This document shows, piece after piece, positions 1 to 12,803 of a DNA stretch of 35,845 nucleotides. Position numbers and translations under genes: made by a program. Positions within the stretch are counted from its first letter, which is position 1; every line of letters starts with the position of its first letter. The stretch is from Neoconidiobolus thromboides FSU 785. Its lineage: Eukaryota; Fungi; Entomophthoromycota. The stretch covers positions 1 through 35,845 of the forward strand of contig MU626457.1 of NCBI GenBank assembly GCA_025603075.1, given 5' to 3'. The notes under the pieces are model-generated. The model did no database searches. It was not told the origin of the DNA and was given only the letters and a program-made list of their open reading frames with translations.

Positions 1-982
1 TTATGAGGAATAGCACGTAATAGGTTACAAGCTATATAAGACAAATAGAATAGACAATACTAATGTAAAATCTATGTAAAATACTATTAAGAAAACTTAG
101 TGGCTTTATTAAATGTTCGAGATATCAGGGATTAATTCAGTTAAAAAGCCTCGAACTATTATACTCTGTAAACTCTTTTATACTCTGAAAAGTATAAGTA
201 TCAAAATGAGAAGATAATATTCTTTTGGGTGGAACTAGAAATTCTCATAACAAATCAAAATAATTAACCATGGGACTGACGAAGCGATATTTCACACTCC
301 TTATAAAAAGTAGAATGTATCTGATCAATATAAATTCTAAATAAGTTTATAATGTATACCTCTGGCAAAAATAAATATACTTATTTTTACATAAATCTGC
401 CTTATCTCCCAACCCCTTTTATCAGTTTTTCGCTAGCTAGAACCTCAACTCTAAGTCTTTAGCAATTTACAGGAATCTAACCGTATAGCCTTTACCCTAA
501 TAAACATCATTGTGAAGTTTGAACTCATTGAAACCGAATGGTACCATTGTTTATCACTGAACTTATAGTATTTATATATACTTACCTTTTGTGCCTCAAT
601 GTTAAACCTATGATACTATTTCTTTCTATCTTTTGCCTTTTTTAGTTGTAAACCGTGTAGTTGCTTTTTCTGTTATTTTTTGCTTACTTATTAAGGTACC
701 TCCTTAAGAAATATCTTCTGTCCCTTCCATCCAGGTATGAAACTTCCATAAAGGGTTTATCTTGTGTACAATTTATTTCACTGACAATTTCATTGTTCCC
801 GTTCAATCGTAACAGCCTTTTCATTCTATCAAAGCCATATCGAGTGTAAAAACAAAATGTATCTTACTTTGCTTCTCTATATCTACTGAAGATATAAAAA
901 GGTTAGATTCTCTTCTGAAACTTTTAGAGAAGTTCCATTAAACAAAGCAGTCATTAAATCTAATTAGCCTTAGCATTTAGTA

Positions 983-1074
983 TATGGGATGTTTTTTTTG
1001 GCTTCATTACTTTTTCTATCTTTTAAGCATTATTTGAGTGGAAAAATTGTTAAACATAAAAATACATCCCCATA
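983..1074 (-). mobile_element. MITE-like repeat copy 1 (short internal deletion)
   Basis: TA-TGGGATGTTTTTTTTGGCTTCATTAC...GAGTGGAAAAATTG...AATACATCCCCA-TA; imperfect TIRs with TA at both ends; matches 9 other copies. Confidence 0.8.
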
Positions 1075-2923
1075 TTATTTTAATTAATAAGACAATTGGA
1101 GTCAATCCCTTTCAAAAAAATAATAGAAATTAGTTCAATCTATTTGTAAGCTATAAATTAAGATTATTTAAAAAGATGCAATGTTTTATATTGATATTGT
1201 AAGTTATATTATACATTACCTCAAATTGTAACACAGGTACTTTTCCATAATTTTATAAGTATTTTTTTACTGAGAAAAGGTAAGCGTTTGTTCAGCTCCC
1301 AATGGTAATAAGCTACTTATTTTATTATGATTTCAATAATTATAGTTCTAGAAAAAGTTATAAAATCAAGCCAAGGTTACTTGATGTATTTCATTAATTC
1401 ATCGTTTCTTTCCTGTTGGAATTACAGTCCTTTTAGAAACCTTGACAAAAATCACTCTCTACTCTCTACTTTTTTTGATTTATTAGGATAGCTTACAGTT
1501 AAATGTCTTAATTTTCTAATCTTTGCTTAGTTTTTTCGAATATAAAGTACATTTTTACAAATATATAAGCCCAGAGTATTAAATAATTTTAAGCAAAAAC
1601 CACCAAAACTAACAAAATACTAGAATTTACAACTTTCGAGTTTTTTTACTTCTAGCTATTTAAAGCTTCATCATTGGTAAATATATACAAAATGTGTGAT
1701 GGGTACAAAAAAATATAGCTCCTTAATTTCAAAAATAGTTGAAAAGAAGTTAAAAACAAAAGACATCCCAACCACAAACCAAACTGTTCTAGGTTTTTCC
1801 AAAAGTTTCTTCTATTCTGGATAAAACAAAGTTACTTTACTGTAAAAATTATTTACTGATACAAATTATACTGCTGCCATAAAGATTCATTCAAAATTAC
1901 GGAAACTTGCGAAAAGGCCTAATAAAATAATTTCTAATTTTATAAAGCTAGTTGGGGTTCAAAGTTCGTCTTTGATAACGCTAAAAAGGAATTTATTGGT
2001 TAAAGAGTGTTTTTTCGAAATCTTGAATCTTTCTGGGAAGGCGTTTTATTTGTCAAGCTAATTAATTGAATAGATTTGGTAGTCAATTAGTACAAGCATT
2101 TTTCGCAACGGAATTTTTTCAAGGGCGCTGTTGCTATAAGAGAATTGTTGAAATTATTAATATTAAAACATGTTTTTAATGTTCTATATTAAAATTATTC
2201 AGTACTTTTATATTCTTAAATAAAATATACCTTTCATTATAGATATAGAGTTAAAAGAGATCAACTTATGCTGCACATAAATTAAATAAAAAAATATAAA
2301 TTATAGCTGTCAAAATTTTTTTAAGATGTTTAGTATCTAATCTTATGGTACTTTTTAAATGTTTGATATAGCGACTCCACAATAGAGTACGTAGTATTGA
2401 TCTTTATTTAGTATAATAGCAAAAATTAAATTATAGCTAAAAATAAACGAATCTGAGATTCAAGTAGACCCTTCATTTATTAAATATCGTATAAATTCTC
2501 TAACTTAACAATTGAGTTTGATCCCATCAATTATTCTTAAAATAGGGCCTGGTTAGAAGCTTGATTGGTTTCTAATTTAATTAATTATCTATTTTGATTT
2601 TATCTTTAACTAAAAAATATTCTAATTGATACATGCTATTAGAAACCTTGGAAATTCTACCATTGTTATATATGTTATCGGGTTTTTCTTGAATAACCTC
2701 TGCCTTTAGATGAACTTCATACGTAAAGTAATTTATGTTTAAATATTTTTAAGTTTTAATGAAAAATGTGATTTTAAAGGAAAGTTTTAAAAGTTTGATA
2801 CAGTAAAGTTAGAATAACAAATTCTTATAAAAAGAATGACTATAAGCCTTTGTTATATAAATAGGCATTTTTAATTTTTTCAAATTTTTTTAAAAGATTT
2901 AACTTTATAATCTGTTTATTTAA

Positions 2924-3829
2924 ATGGATAAAAACGATCCTCTCTTTTCAACTAACTACCTTATCATAGCTTTGGCATTCGCAGCAGTCTTCCTCAACAC
3001 ATTCTTAATATATTTCTGTTTTAAAGTGAAGCCGTTGGCAAGAGATTTAAAATTAATTATAGCAGTAGCCTCAGTAGAGCTTTGTGCACCCTTAGTGACC
3101 TCGATCGATTATCTATATTATTTTATATATGGCGTAAAGTTGATTAATATCAACTTGGGTTGTCAGGTCCTTGGCTTTATTATAGGAGCAGCTTATTATT
3201 ATGAGATTCAAATCAATGTATTTTTAGCCTTGGAAAGGTTATGTAAAATCTCCGAAATTAAATTGCCAAGGTATGTGTATTTACCGATACATTTAAATGG
3301 ACTCGTTTTTATTGGATTGTCAATATACTGTGTATCCCAACGTTTAATGGTACCATCTGCTACTGAATTAATATGTATGTATCCTGTAGTTGATTCAACC
3401 ATTGGAGCAACCACATATTATTATTCAATCTTTAGTTTCTTTTTTGGGATAGTAATAATAACTTATTGTTATTATAAATTAGCTAGAAATATAACGAGCA
3501 TGCAAAAATTTGTTGAAATTGAAATGAATTGCAATTCAAATCAATCTATAAGTGATAAAAACTCCAAGTATAATATAGTTTTTCTTAAACTATATACAAT
3601 CTTGGCTATTTATACTACCTGTATGTTTGGTTCTTTTTTATTTCACTTGTTAGAAAGTATTTTTCATTACATTTATGGTAAAGTAAATCCGATTATTCTT
3701 GTTATGAATCAACTTGCAGAAATCATGTTTCTAATCGGTATTCTTGCAAACTCAAGTTTCTTTTTAATATTACATACAGGTATTTCTAACGAAGTTAAGA
3801 AGTTTTGTACCAACATTAAATGTTGGTAG
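2924..3829 (+). CDS. Intronless 7-transmembrane receptor, rhodopsin/class-A-like GPCR candidate (301 aa)
   Basis: Seven hydrophobic segments; Cys at the start of TM3 (LGCQVLGF) and in ECL2 (LICMYP); LALERLCKI at the DRY position; ANSSFFL at the NPxxY position. Confidence 0.75.
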   Translation: MDKNDPLFSTNYLIIALAFAAVFLNTFLIYFCFKVKPLARDLKLIIAVASVELCAPLVTSIDYLYYFIYGVKLININLGCQVLGFIIGAAYYYEIQINVFLALERLCKISEIKLPRYVYLPIHLNGLVFIGLSIYCVSQRLMVPSATELICMYPVVDSTIGATTYYYSIFSFFFGIVIITYCYYKLARNITSMQKFVEIEMNCNSNQSISDKNSKYNIVFLKLYTILAIYTTCMFGSFLFHLLESIFHYIYGKVNPIILVMNQLAEIMFLIGILANSSFFLILHTGISNEVKKFCTNIKCW

Positions 3830-4139
3830 TTAGATAGAAAGCTGTTTGAATTTGTTGTTTTATTTCAATTAATAAAAAATGGATTTACCGTACTATTTTA
3901 TATTGTTTTTGATAATAATTTATAACTTTGGTTAGTAATAACTTAAACTACAAGCTTAAGCATACATTTAATTGCGGATTTATCACTTTTATATCTTGAT
4001 TCATGTTTGTTATGTGATAATCCCTTTTTTATGATATTCTTTTTTGAAAGACATTCCTTGAAACAAAAATCAATAGCTCAATTATAAAAAACAGAAAAGA
4101 AAGGATATGAACAAATGGTTAAAAAGCAACTCGATTTAC

Positions 4140-4243
4140 CATGGGGATGTTTTTTTTGGCTTCATTACTTTTTCCACCCTTTAAGCGCTATTTGAGTGGA
4201 AAAATTATTAGTAAAGCTCTTAAATATAAAATACATCCCCATA
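4140..4243 (-). mobile_element. MITE-like repeat copy 2
   Basis: ATGGGGATGTTTTTTTTGG...AAATACATCCCCAT; terminal 10 nt are perfect inverted repeats. Confidence 0.85.
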
Positions 4244-4484
4244 GGATAACCTACTCTAAACACAATTTTAAAAGTTTAGTTAAAATGACATGTCAGTTCT
4301 AATATTTACACAAAGCTTTGTCCATACTTAACACATATAAAAGTATCAAAAATAGTCTGTGTTTTCTGCTCAAAAGTATTTTTATATCAAGATTCAAATA
4401 ATACTTTAAAAGTAATGAATGCGATCAATGTTGAATATTTAGTTATTTGCTCTGGTAAGTTTTTTGACTCTTCAATCTTTAAAA

Positions 4485-4587
4485 TATGGAGGATGTTTTT
4501 TTGGTTTCATTACTTTTTTCATTTTTTAGGCACTATTGAGTGAAAAAAACACTAGCAAATTTCTTAAACAAAAAAGACACTTCCATA
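4485..4587 (-). mobile_element. MITE-like repeat copy 3 (diverged)
   Basis: TATGGAGGATGTTTTTTTGGTTTCATTAC...TTCTTAAACAAAAAAGACACTTCCATA. Confidence 0.75.
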
Positions 4588-4967
4588 TATAATGTTAGTT
4601 TTATACTACCTCTGCTCCTAACTAAATACATATTTTGCTTTTTAGGCTGACCAAAAATTGTCTCATTTTTAAAAGTATTTGAAAGGGGCAACCCCCCACA
4701 AGTAGTTTATTATAGATATTTAAACAAATATATAGAGAGCAGTAGGTTATTTGGAAATAATTTCGCATCCAAATTTGTTCTTAGACAGTCTATCAATTAT
4801 AGGGGAAAAGTCAGTTTACTATTTGATTCTCTATTCAATTATTAAAAAAGAACCTGAAAGATGGAAATGTATAAGATCAAAAGCTGATTTTGCATGGAAT
4901 ATGTATATAATCCTAAGGACCGAGGAATATGAATTGGCTATGAATTCCAAATCTAAATTTTTTAAAA

Positions 4968-5036
4968 TATGGGGATGTAATTTTTTTAAGAATTTTATTA
5001 ACAATCTTTCTACTCAAATAGCGCTTAGAGAATGAA
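4968..5036 (+). mobile_element. MITE-like repeat copy 4 (truncated)
   Basis: TATGGGGATGTAATTTTTTTAAGAATTTTATTAACAATCTTTCTACTCAAATAGCGCTTAGAGAATGAAA; second TIR not recognisable. Confidence 0.7.
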
Positions 5037-6230
5037 AGACATTTGTACTCATTAGTATAAGATACAAAGTAGTAAAAAGAAGCAGTAAAAATAATCCGAA
5101 AAACAATTTTATAATAACATGTAGTAATGCCTATCATTTCAGTGCTGTGTTCACTTTTTAAAAGTAGGAATTATAAAATATTCCTAATTAAACTTATACA
5201 AAAATATCCTTCATTTCCTCAACAATGCCTAGGCATATATATTTTTAATAAGCAACTAGTCCTCCATTTTTAATCTTGAAAAATGAACAAATATTCAAAG
5301 GGAAAAATATATCTGGTACATCAAAGCAAATGCTTATAGTGAATATTCAAAGAACAATACACCGTTCAAGCTTACGCTTTTAACCATATAAATAGACTGC
5401 TATTTTTGTATTTATTCATTAGCTATCTATTATTATATCAATCTACTTTTAAAAAAGTGCTTTAAGAAAAAGAATAATCATGTAATTTTTCATCATAATC
5501 GCATAGTTCAATACGGAGGTTGAAAAAGAGTGTATTAAAAAGTTTGGCTGACAACTTTATAAGCATATGAATAAACTTAATATTAATACTACACAATTAC
5601 TCTTGATGGTATTAAAAATAGATAAGTAAAATTGCCAAGTTTTTGTTTTTGTTTTATTAAAGTATGACTATAGTCATCATCTTTACACTCTTTTTTGCTA
5701 AGATTTTAAATTTAGAATTTAACTCACACTCAATCTAAATATAACTTTTAAATTAACCACACTATTACCTCATTCCAAATTTAAGCCAATAAAACTTATG
5801 GATCTTTTTGCGAAATGTAATTAAAAATAAAAATAATTAAACAAAAAAGTAAAATTATTAGGGCACTTTTAAAAGTAAAAGCGGGAAAACTCAAACATTA
5901 TAGACAATCAATTGTTAATTTATAATTTTTTGATAAAGGTCATTCTCATTTTTAATTAGAAATTGGAAAAGCTGCATAATTTGATAAGAAAAGAAGCGGT
6001 GAATAAACGAAAAATATCCAATCAAAATCCAATCATCTCGATTAATCCAGATAGATTGGTCCTAAAAAAAACTTACTGCAATTTTGAAATTTAAATAATT
6101 AATAATCTAATAAATAGATACTTGGTAATAACAGTAACAAAAATTAATTTATGCTAATTTATTGCTTGTACAGGTGTAATAAATAAAGTATTTACAAAGG
6201 GGGAAGGAGAATAAAAAAAGGGATAGAATT

Positions 6231-6911
6231 CTATATCTTTAAAAGATTTGGCTTGGAAGCTTGATTTAAAAAGCTTACTAAGGGGCTTGATTTAGCTATT
6301 GTTACAATACTTGTAGTGTCGTAATTAACTAAATTATATGACTTATCTTTTAGATCCGATAAACTTTTTCTTCTAATATTTACATCATTTATATCTAAAC
6401 ATAACTCGGATTTAACGTCTTTCTTTAACATTTTATATAGCAATGGCTCTTGTTTTACTAAGTATTCAGTCATCAACATGGTGGCTGGAACATCTCCTCT
6501 AGCTAAGGCGATAGAAAGTGGGGTTGAGCCATATTTATCCAAAACATGAACCAACGCTCCATTCTCTAGTAAAAGTTTGATCATTTCTAAATTACCATTA
6601 GCTACAGCGTAGTGTAAAGCAGTGCAGCCAACTTCTTGTTTATTCCTAGATAAAGATAATGATCCAGAATATCTTCTAGGTTTTCTTCTTCCATTAACAT
6701 CGCATCCTTTTTCTATGAGATATTTCACTATATGGAGTTGACCATGACATGCGGCTATATGTATTGGTAATAAACCATTTAATACTGAATCTATAGGTTG
6801 ACCATTATCTAATGCAAATTTAACAAGGCCTATGTTTCCAGATGCAGCAGCGGAGTGTAAACCCAAGTTGACTTTACTGGTTGATTTAAACGGGAAATTC
6901 AATTTATTCAT
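6231..6911 (-). CDS. Ankyrin-repeat protein (226 aa)
   Basis: Ankyrin units LHSAAASGNIGLVKFAL, PIHIAACHGQLHIVKYLIEKG, TALHYAVANGNLEMIKLLLENG, TPLSIALARG. Confidence 0.9.
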   Translation of the reverse strand: MNKLNFPFKSTSKVNLGLHSAAASGNIGLVKFALDNGQPIDSVLNGLLPIHIAACHGQLHIVKYLIEKGCDVNGRRKPRRYSGSLSLSRNKQEVGCTALHYAVANGNLEMIKLLLENGALVHVLDKYGSTPLSIALARGDVPATMLMTEYLVKQEPLLYKMLKKDVKSELCLDINDVNIRRKSLSDLKDKSYNLVNYDTTSIVTIAKSSPLVSFLNQASKPNLLKI

Positions 6912-7809
6912 ATTTAAAAGATATCAATTCAACTCTGATATTAAATTGATATTAAATTTTAATTTACAGTTAAACTATGTCAACAAAAAATTTTGTTTCA
7001 AAAAATTCAATTAAACTTTAAAATGGAAAGTTTTTGCTTTTATATCTTTTTTTTAGTTGCTTATTTATTCTTTGCAAAGTTCACCACTGTAATTTTTGTT
7101 CTTTAAGCAACTAATTTATTACGTTACAGTAAGTGTAGTTTGTAATTTTGGTTATTGATTTTATTGGTTGATCTCCCTTAGGTTGCTTAGGAATCTAGGA
7201 TTTAGCCATTATAAATTTAGATGTTTGCTGCCATAATTTAATAACCACTCTTAGTCATTAAATTTGAATGTTTATCATCGTCCTCTCAATTACCTTTTAT
7301 TTGGTAACTGATTGATTTGTCCGACAACTCCATTCATTTCAACCAATCAATTGGGTTATATTGAAAATAGCTCAAGTTTTGATATTAAACTTTGCTATAA
7401 CCAACTTAATAGGCTAACAACCTAATTACTGTTTTTAAGCTATTAAACTATTATTATTACTATTATATTAATATAATATAGTATTTAAAAGTAAGCATAT
7501 AGATTATATGATATGATTTCATTCCCCTTTTAGTCAGCAAATAAACTATTGGAAATAAAAACCATATGTATGTAAACCCTTCTTTAATATGAAGCATCTG
7601 ATGAATGTTAGGATAAATAATGACGACTATCCTAAAATTTATATTTTATAAAGTAACCAACTATTGAATCTTATTTTTATTTTTAAAGCAAATAATTAGT
7701 TTAAAAAAATTAAAATTCATCTACTATTTTTTATTAATAAACTGAAACATGACATCACCCTGATAATGAAAGCGGAATATAGCCTAATCTTATTTTAAAT
7801 ATATTATTA

Positions 7810-7866
7810 ATAAAAATAACTATAAAAATAACTATAAAAATAAATATAAAAATAAATATAAAAATA
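7810..7866. repeat. 12-bp AT-rich minisatellite TATAAAAATAA(C/A), about 4-5 units
   Basis: Tandem units read directly. Confidence 0.7.
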
Positions 7867-8149
7867 TGAAATAAAACCAAAATTTTCGAAGTTCCTTAAG
7901 ATGAATAATAAATTACATGAAAATTAATTAATTATATTAATTAATTTTATAATTGCTTTAATATATTAATTAATTAATTAAGAAAATGTTATTAATTGAA
8001 TTTTCTTTATTAGGATAAATTTATAATGACTTTTTATTCCATTTATTTATTAGAGCTATTAATAAATTTTGGGTTTAAGTTATATTAATTATAGAATTAA
8101 CATTTTACTTGGGTAAAGCATTAATTAGTTCTGGTATATAGGTTAAGTT

Positions 8150-8760
8150 AGCTTACTATTGAAGACGAAGCTAGATTAAACTGCATTACCATGTATAACA
8201 TCAGGATTTTGTATTTAGTACTGCTTATGATTTATAATTAGCTTACAACTATTAAAGATATGATACAACTTATATGACCGTTGATTATCTAATCAAGAAT
8301 TTATGTTTTTAAATTAATTTATTATTCAAATGAGCTTTCTAAATTAATATTCAAGTTTCATCAATTTGAATATTAATTTATGATATAAGATAAATAGTAG
8401 TTCAGTTAAACCTGAGTTAAAAAATATTTTCTTATAAAGTAATATCATTTTTAGAGTATAATAGTTATATCTTAAGAAAGGATAGTGGTCTAATACGTAT
8501 GGTTTTATATTCAATGTTAATGTTCAAATTTATAGAAAATCTTTACATAGTATAATATTAGCGAAAGCTTTCACATGCAAAATCATTAATACTCTAGAAT
8601 TACAGATAATTTCCAAAACTTGGAATATTTCGCTATAATTGCTGCATACTTCACACTTTATTTACTTATTAGAATTTTAGAATATTTGTTTGTATCCTTG
8701 AAAGAGTTGGTAAATTCTCAAATGAGTCATTAACAAAAATAGCTATGTTTAATTATGAAA
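8150..8760 (+). pseudogene. Possible decayed LRR/RNI-like gene relic
   Basis: Stop-interrupted frames with LRR-like patches such as DNFQNLEYFAI; no intact ORF. Confidence 0.2.
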
Positions 8761-10099
8761 AAGAGAACAGGGGTCATTATACCCCCGAACATTTAATAAA
8801 GTTTAGTTTGGCTCTTGATTGATCAATAACTTACATAAGTAAGTTTAAGAACCCTGGTCTAATTTTAAATATTTTTCCAGCTTAGTCTCGATTTAATTTG
8901 AAAAAATTCAAAATGAGGGATAAAAAATGACTTTAAATATAAACTAATCTATTTAACAAATCAAACTAATATTAAAGTTCACGTTTATTGTAACAGTAGC
9001 TTAGTATACTACTTACTGTTTATAAATAAAATAACTCTAAATGCTATAAAAATTACCATTGGACTTCATTACAAATGATGATATGAGGCCCATTAGGCTT
9101 ATATCTATTATTTATTACATTTGAAATCACGGTAATTAAGGTTATTTACCTTTTATTGATTTATTAGTTTATATATCATTCTTATTTTTCAATAAATAAG
9201 TAATTACAAGAAATGGTGTTAGATAATAAATTTGTTTATTTTAATAATATTAATGCAAGTCAATGCGTTTATAACATTTTAATATATAATTGTTAGAAAG
9301 TAACCTATGTTAGCATATTGATTTGAGTTATTTAATTTGAATTTGATAAGAGATCTAGGTTGAAAACGTGAGAAATAAATCTAAGAATCTTATAACTGTA
9401 TATTTGTAAGTAACAAGACATTTATAATCTGGGGTCAAAAACTGCTTATAATTCAGAAAGATTTTTAAATCACTAATTCAAATCTAATCTTATATTATTA
9501 ATTTAATAGAATTTATTCTTTAAAAAAACTAGTAGGATTATTTTAATAATTATAAAACGACAATTGAATTGAAATAAAAAAACAGCAATAAATTAGATAA
9601 AGCTATTATTATTGATTTATTTGTTGATTATAATACTAATTTTATATACCAAAGATGTACGTCATTATTATAATAAAATTAACAAGGTTATAAAAGTATA
9701 GCTTGTTATTATTCTCATTGAGTATGAAACAGTTTTGTTTTTGACCTTTAAACTTCAGTCTCTTATAAATTGTTTTGAATTGTACTATAATGTCAAACAG
9801 CATTAACTTAATTCAGTATACATGTAGAACAGGGTCTATTTAATATTTCATTGTTCTCATTAGTGTTAAACTTACTCAATATTTACTAATGTATTAATAA
9901 TAAAGCTTAATTAATAAAGGCTAAGATGTGACAAGGGCTTATTTTATCATGATTCAAAAATATTATCACAGTTTACTCATTTAATAAATTATTTACTTAG
10001 ATATAGCTATAACTTGAAAACTATAATAGACAGACAAATCAAAATACTTTTTTCATAAACTTACACCAAGGTGCCATCTAGACTCAATTTCTTACCTGG

Positions 10100-11377
10100 T
10101 ATTGTTTTGGAGGAGATAATGAATTTTTCAAACAGTATTTGTTTAAGATTGTGGATAGAATAGTCAAATATATTATTTATTCACTTTATAATAACTATGT
10201 ATGATTTGAATTTGACCAAAAGAGGTTCATTATATAAAACGGATTATTAATGAGACATGAAGGTAGACTGTACCACTATCGAGTACTTGAACTATTATCC
10301 AAATGTGTAATTTGTACATCATAATATACTTGATAATGACAACAGTGATGATGGTACCAAAATAAATGCTAATTTTTCAAATTTATCAAAGCTAAGTATC
10401 TTCAGTTAATTATAAACATGCGGGGATGTATATTTGTATTTAAGGATTTTGCTAGTAATTTTTCCACTCAAATAGCGCTTGAAAGATGGAAAAAGTAGTG
10501 AAGCCAAAAAAAACACTCCCATGTATCAGTATTATCCATGTATTAGTATTATTTGGCAGTTATTTATGTCAACCTAAAGAGCTTGGGATTTTTGAAGATG
10601 TTATGGTTATTAATAATATTTCTCACTTGTTTAAATCCAAATAAATTCATTTTGTAGTTTAGATCTACGCGGATTTAATGTGATTAAAGCAAACCTTGAT
10701 AGCTTGAAGGCATTACAATTAAAGTCGGATGAGCTAGTTAATACAACTAAAATCAGTCCCAATATAAAGTTTGGTTTATCTTTGAAACTAGAAATAGAAA
10801 GAAACTTAATGTTTAGACCTTTCAGTGATTTGAAGCAATTAAAGAATATAAAGTTAATAATTTGTGATAATGTTTCTTTTATTAATATACATGATATAAA
10901 ATCAATTGAAAGCAACAATATTACCACTTTGAATCTTTTAGATTTTAGGGATACGGTCAATTACGATTAATTACGGTTGTTTAAAGTTATTAACCTTAAG
11001 AGAAGTTTGTGGATTATTTATCAAAAGAATTATTGTATAAGATTTCAATTTTACCAATTATTCAGACTATTTCTCTTCTTTTGATAAAGTTTGATATAAG
11101 AGAAATATTTAATAAAGGTAATTTAAATGTGATTAATATAGGTAGCAAAGGATGTATTCCAATTAAGTGTACGTTTGTAAAACAACTCATTACTCATCAT
11201 TTCTATAGTACATTTGAAGGATGTCCCTATTTTTTGTTTTTCTTTCTAAACCTTGAAGTACTTAGAACCATAAACTCTACTTTAACCGTTATATTTAAAG
11301 AATTTAATTACAATCTTAGTACTCATTTAGTGTTCTTTGCCCTTATGATCTCTGGTATAATTACTAATTTTTCTTGA
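10100..11377 (+). pseudogene. Fragmented LRR/RNI-like (possibly F-box-associated) gene, interrupted by a MITE-like copy
   Basis: Successive short ORFs on one strand with LxxLxxLxL-type patches (FSNLSKLSIF, LKQLKNIKLII, ITTLNLLDF, FLNLEVLRTI), separated by stops and frameshifts. Confidence 0.4.
10418..10522 (+). mobile_element. MITE-like repeat copy 5
   Basis: ATGCGGGGATGTATATTTGTATTTAAGG...CCACTCAAATAGCGCTTGAAAGATGGAAAAAGTAGTGAAGCCAAAAAAAACACTCCCAT. Confidence 0.85.
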
Positions 11378-12129
11378 GGACTAGAAACAATCTCAATGAT
11401 AACTTAGATAAAATTACATCAACTTATTTTATCGAATATATTTTAATATTGTAAACATTCAAAATAAATATTTAAAATGTGAAATATCTAATTTTTTTTA
11501 TAGTGCTTTCTTTAGATAACTATAAGTAATGATTTATTTATATTTATGTCTAGTAAATTTTATTTTAGAAACGTTTATAAATAAAATTCATAAGGTATGG
11601 TATAAAATAACGGATTGACTTTTATTTGTCCAATTCACTACTGGCACTACCCTTGGAGCGTTGTCTCTTTGTATATTGTTTCTACTTTGACAAATCAAGT
11701 ACTGGAGGGCTTTGGACTTTTAAAATTAAAAAATAAAACAAATAAATTATAAAAATAAAATGTTATAGCATACTCTATAAAAATATTTGCATAGCAATTA
11801 GTCAATTCCCTTTAAGTTGTATTAGATATTGAGTAAGTGTATTAAAGTTGTTAATGCTTTGACCTTTCATAGCATAATATGTTATTTTTTAAAAACTTGT
11901 AGCTATTAATCTCTTAATATTTAATATAAATAATATTTTAACAATTAAAAGCAACAACCTAATTTATAAAACTAAAGCATCATAAAACTACAATTTTTCA
12001 ATCAATAAAAAATTTGAGTGATTTATAATCATCTATTAATCTATTTTTGTTAGCTAAACATTTTAATATTATTAGCAAAAAATGCTTATAAATAAAGGAA
12101 AACTTTATTAGAAAAAATAAAAAACTTAT

Positions 12130-12803
12130 AAAAGAATAATATATATATATATGCATTTTTTGCGCTCAAATTTTCCATAGTAAGCTGCTGAACTAGTATT
12201 ACTGTTAACAACAATAGACTTTGCATCACTTTTTGATAGCTAATTTCCGTTCTTTGTTAAACCAGGGTATGATTCTAAATTCTTTGAAAGTAGAGTAACT
12301 TTACTGGCAAATTCTCCAAACTCACATTCTACTCCTTTATCAACTGTAATTTGTATAATAATAGAATTACATACAGTGAAATTACAGAATGAAAATGGAC
12401 CATGTACAGCTTCAGCAGTGTTAATAGAAAAACCATCACAAGCTCTATTTACATAAATTTAGTTAAGAATTTTACCTAACTTTCCATCATTTTCTTTCAA
12501 CAAATGCTTGTAATTGATTTAAGATTCAAAAAACTGTAAAGGATAAGCACAAATATTACCTGAAGGAGTTGATGGAAGCTTATCAGAAGCTCACCAAGCT
12601 TTTCTGACAGCAGAAAGTTTAACAGTTTTGTTTTTTGAAGTGTAGATATCTTTTTTAAGTAGTTTTAGATTAGTATTAGCATAATGCTTCTTTACTACGT
12701 CAAAACTAGGCAGTAATTTTACCTTATCTCCATCAATATTAACTGAACTATAATCATTATCTTCTTGGCTATATTCATAAGCATTGCTCCTTTTCCAACA
12801 CAT
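12130..12803 (-). pseudogene. GH72 (Gas/Gel) pseudogene: end of the catalytic domain, X8 domain and tail only
   Basis: AYEYSQEDNDYSSVNIDGDKVKLLPSFDVVK aligns with VYEFTEEANNYGLVEIKNGKVKTLPDFDVVK of 30691-32262; W*ASDKLPSTP vs WKASEKLPPTP; ACDGFSINTAEAVHGPFSFC vs VCDLIKSDTEKGEYGDFSIC; in-frame stops; no 5' part recognisable. Confidence 0.85.

Noticed and set aside
661-849. Short ORFs 661-849, 3208-3414, 6832-7014, 10631-10960, 33042-33224
   Set aside because: Non-ATG starts or antisense overlap with better-supported features; no motifs
7920-7948. Palindrome AAAATTAATTAA-TTATA-TTAATTAATTTT
   Set aside because: Pure A/T low complexity; expected by chance at this composition
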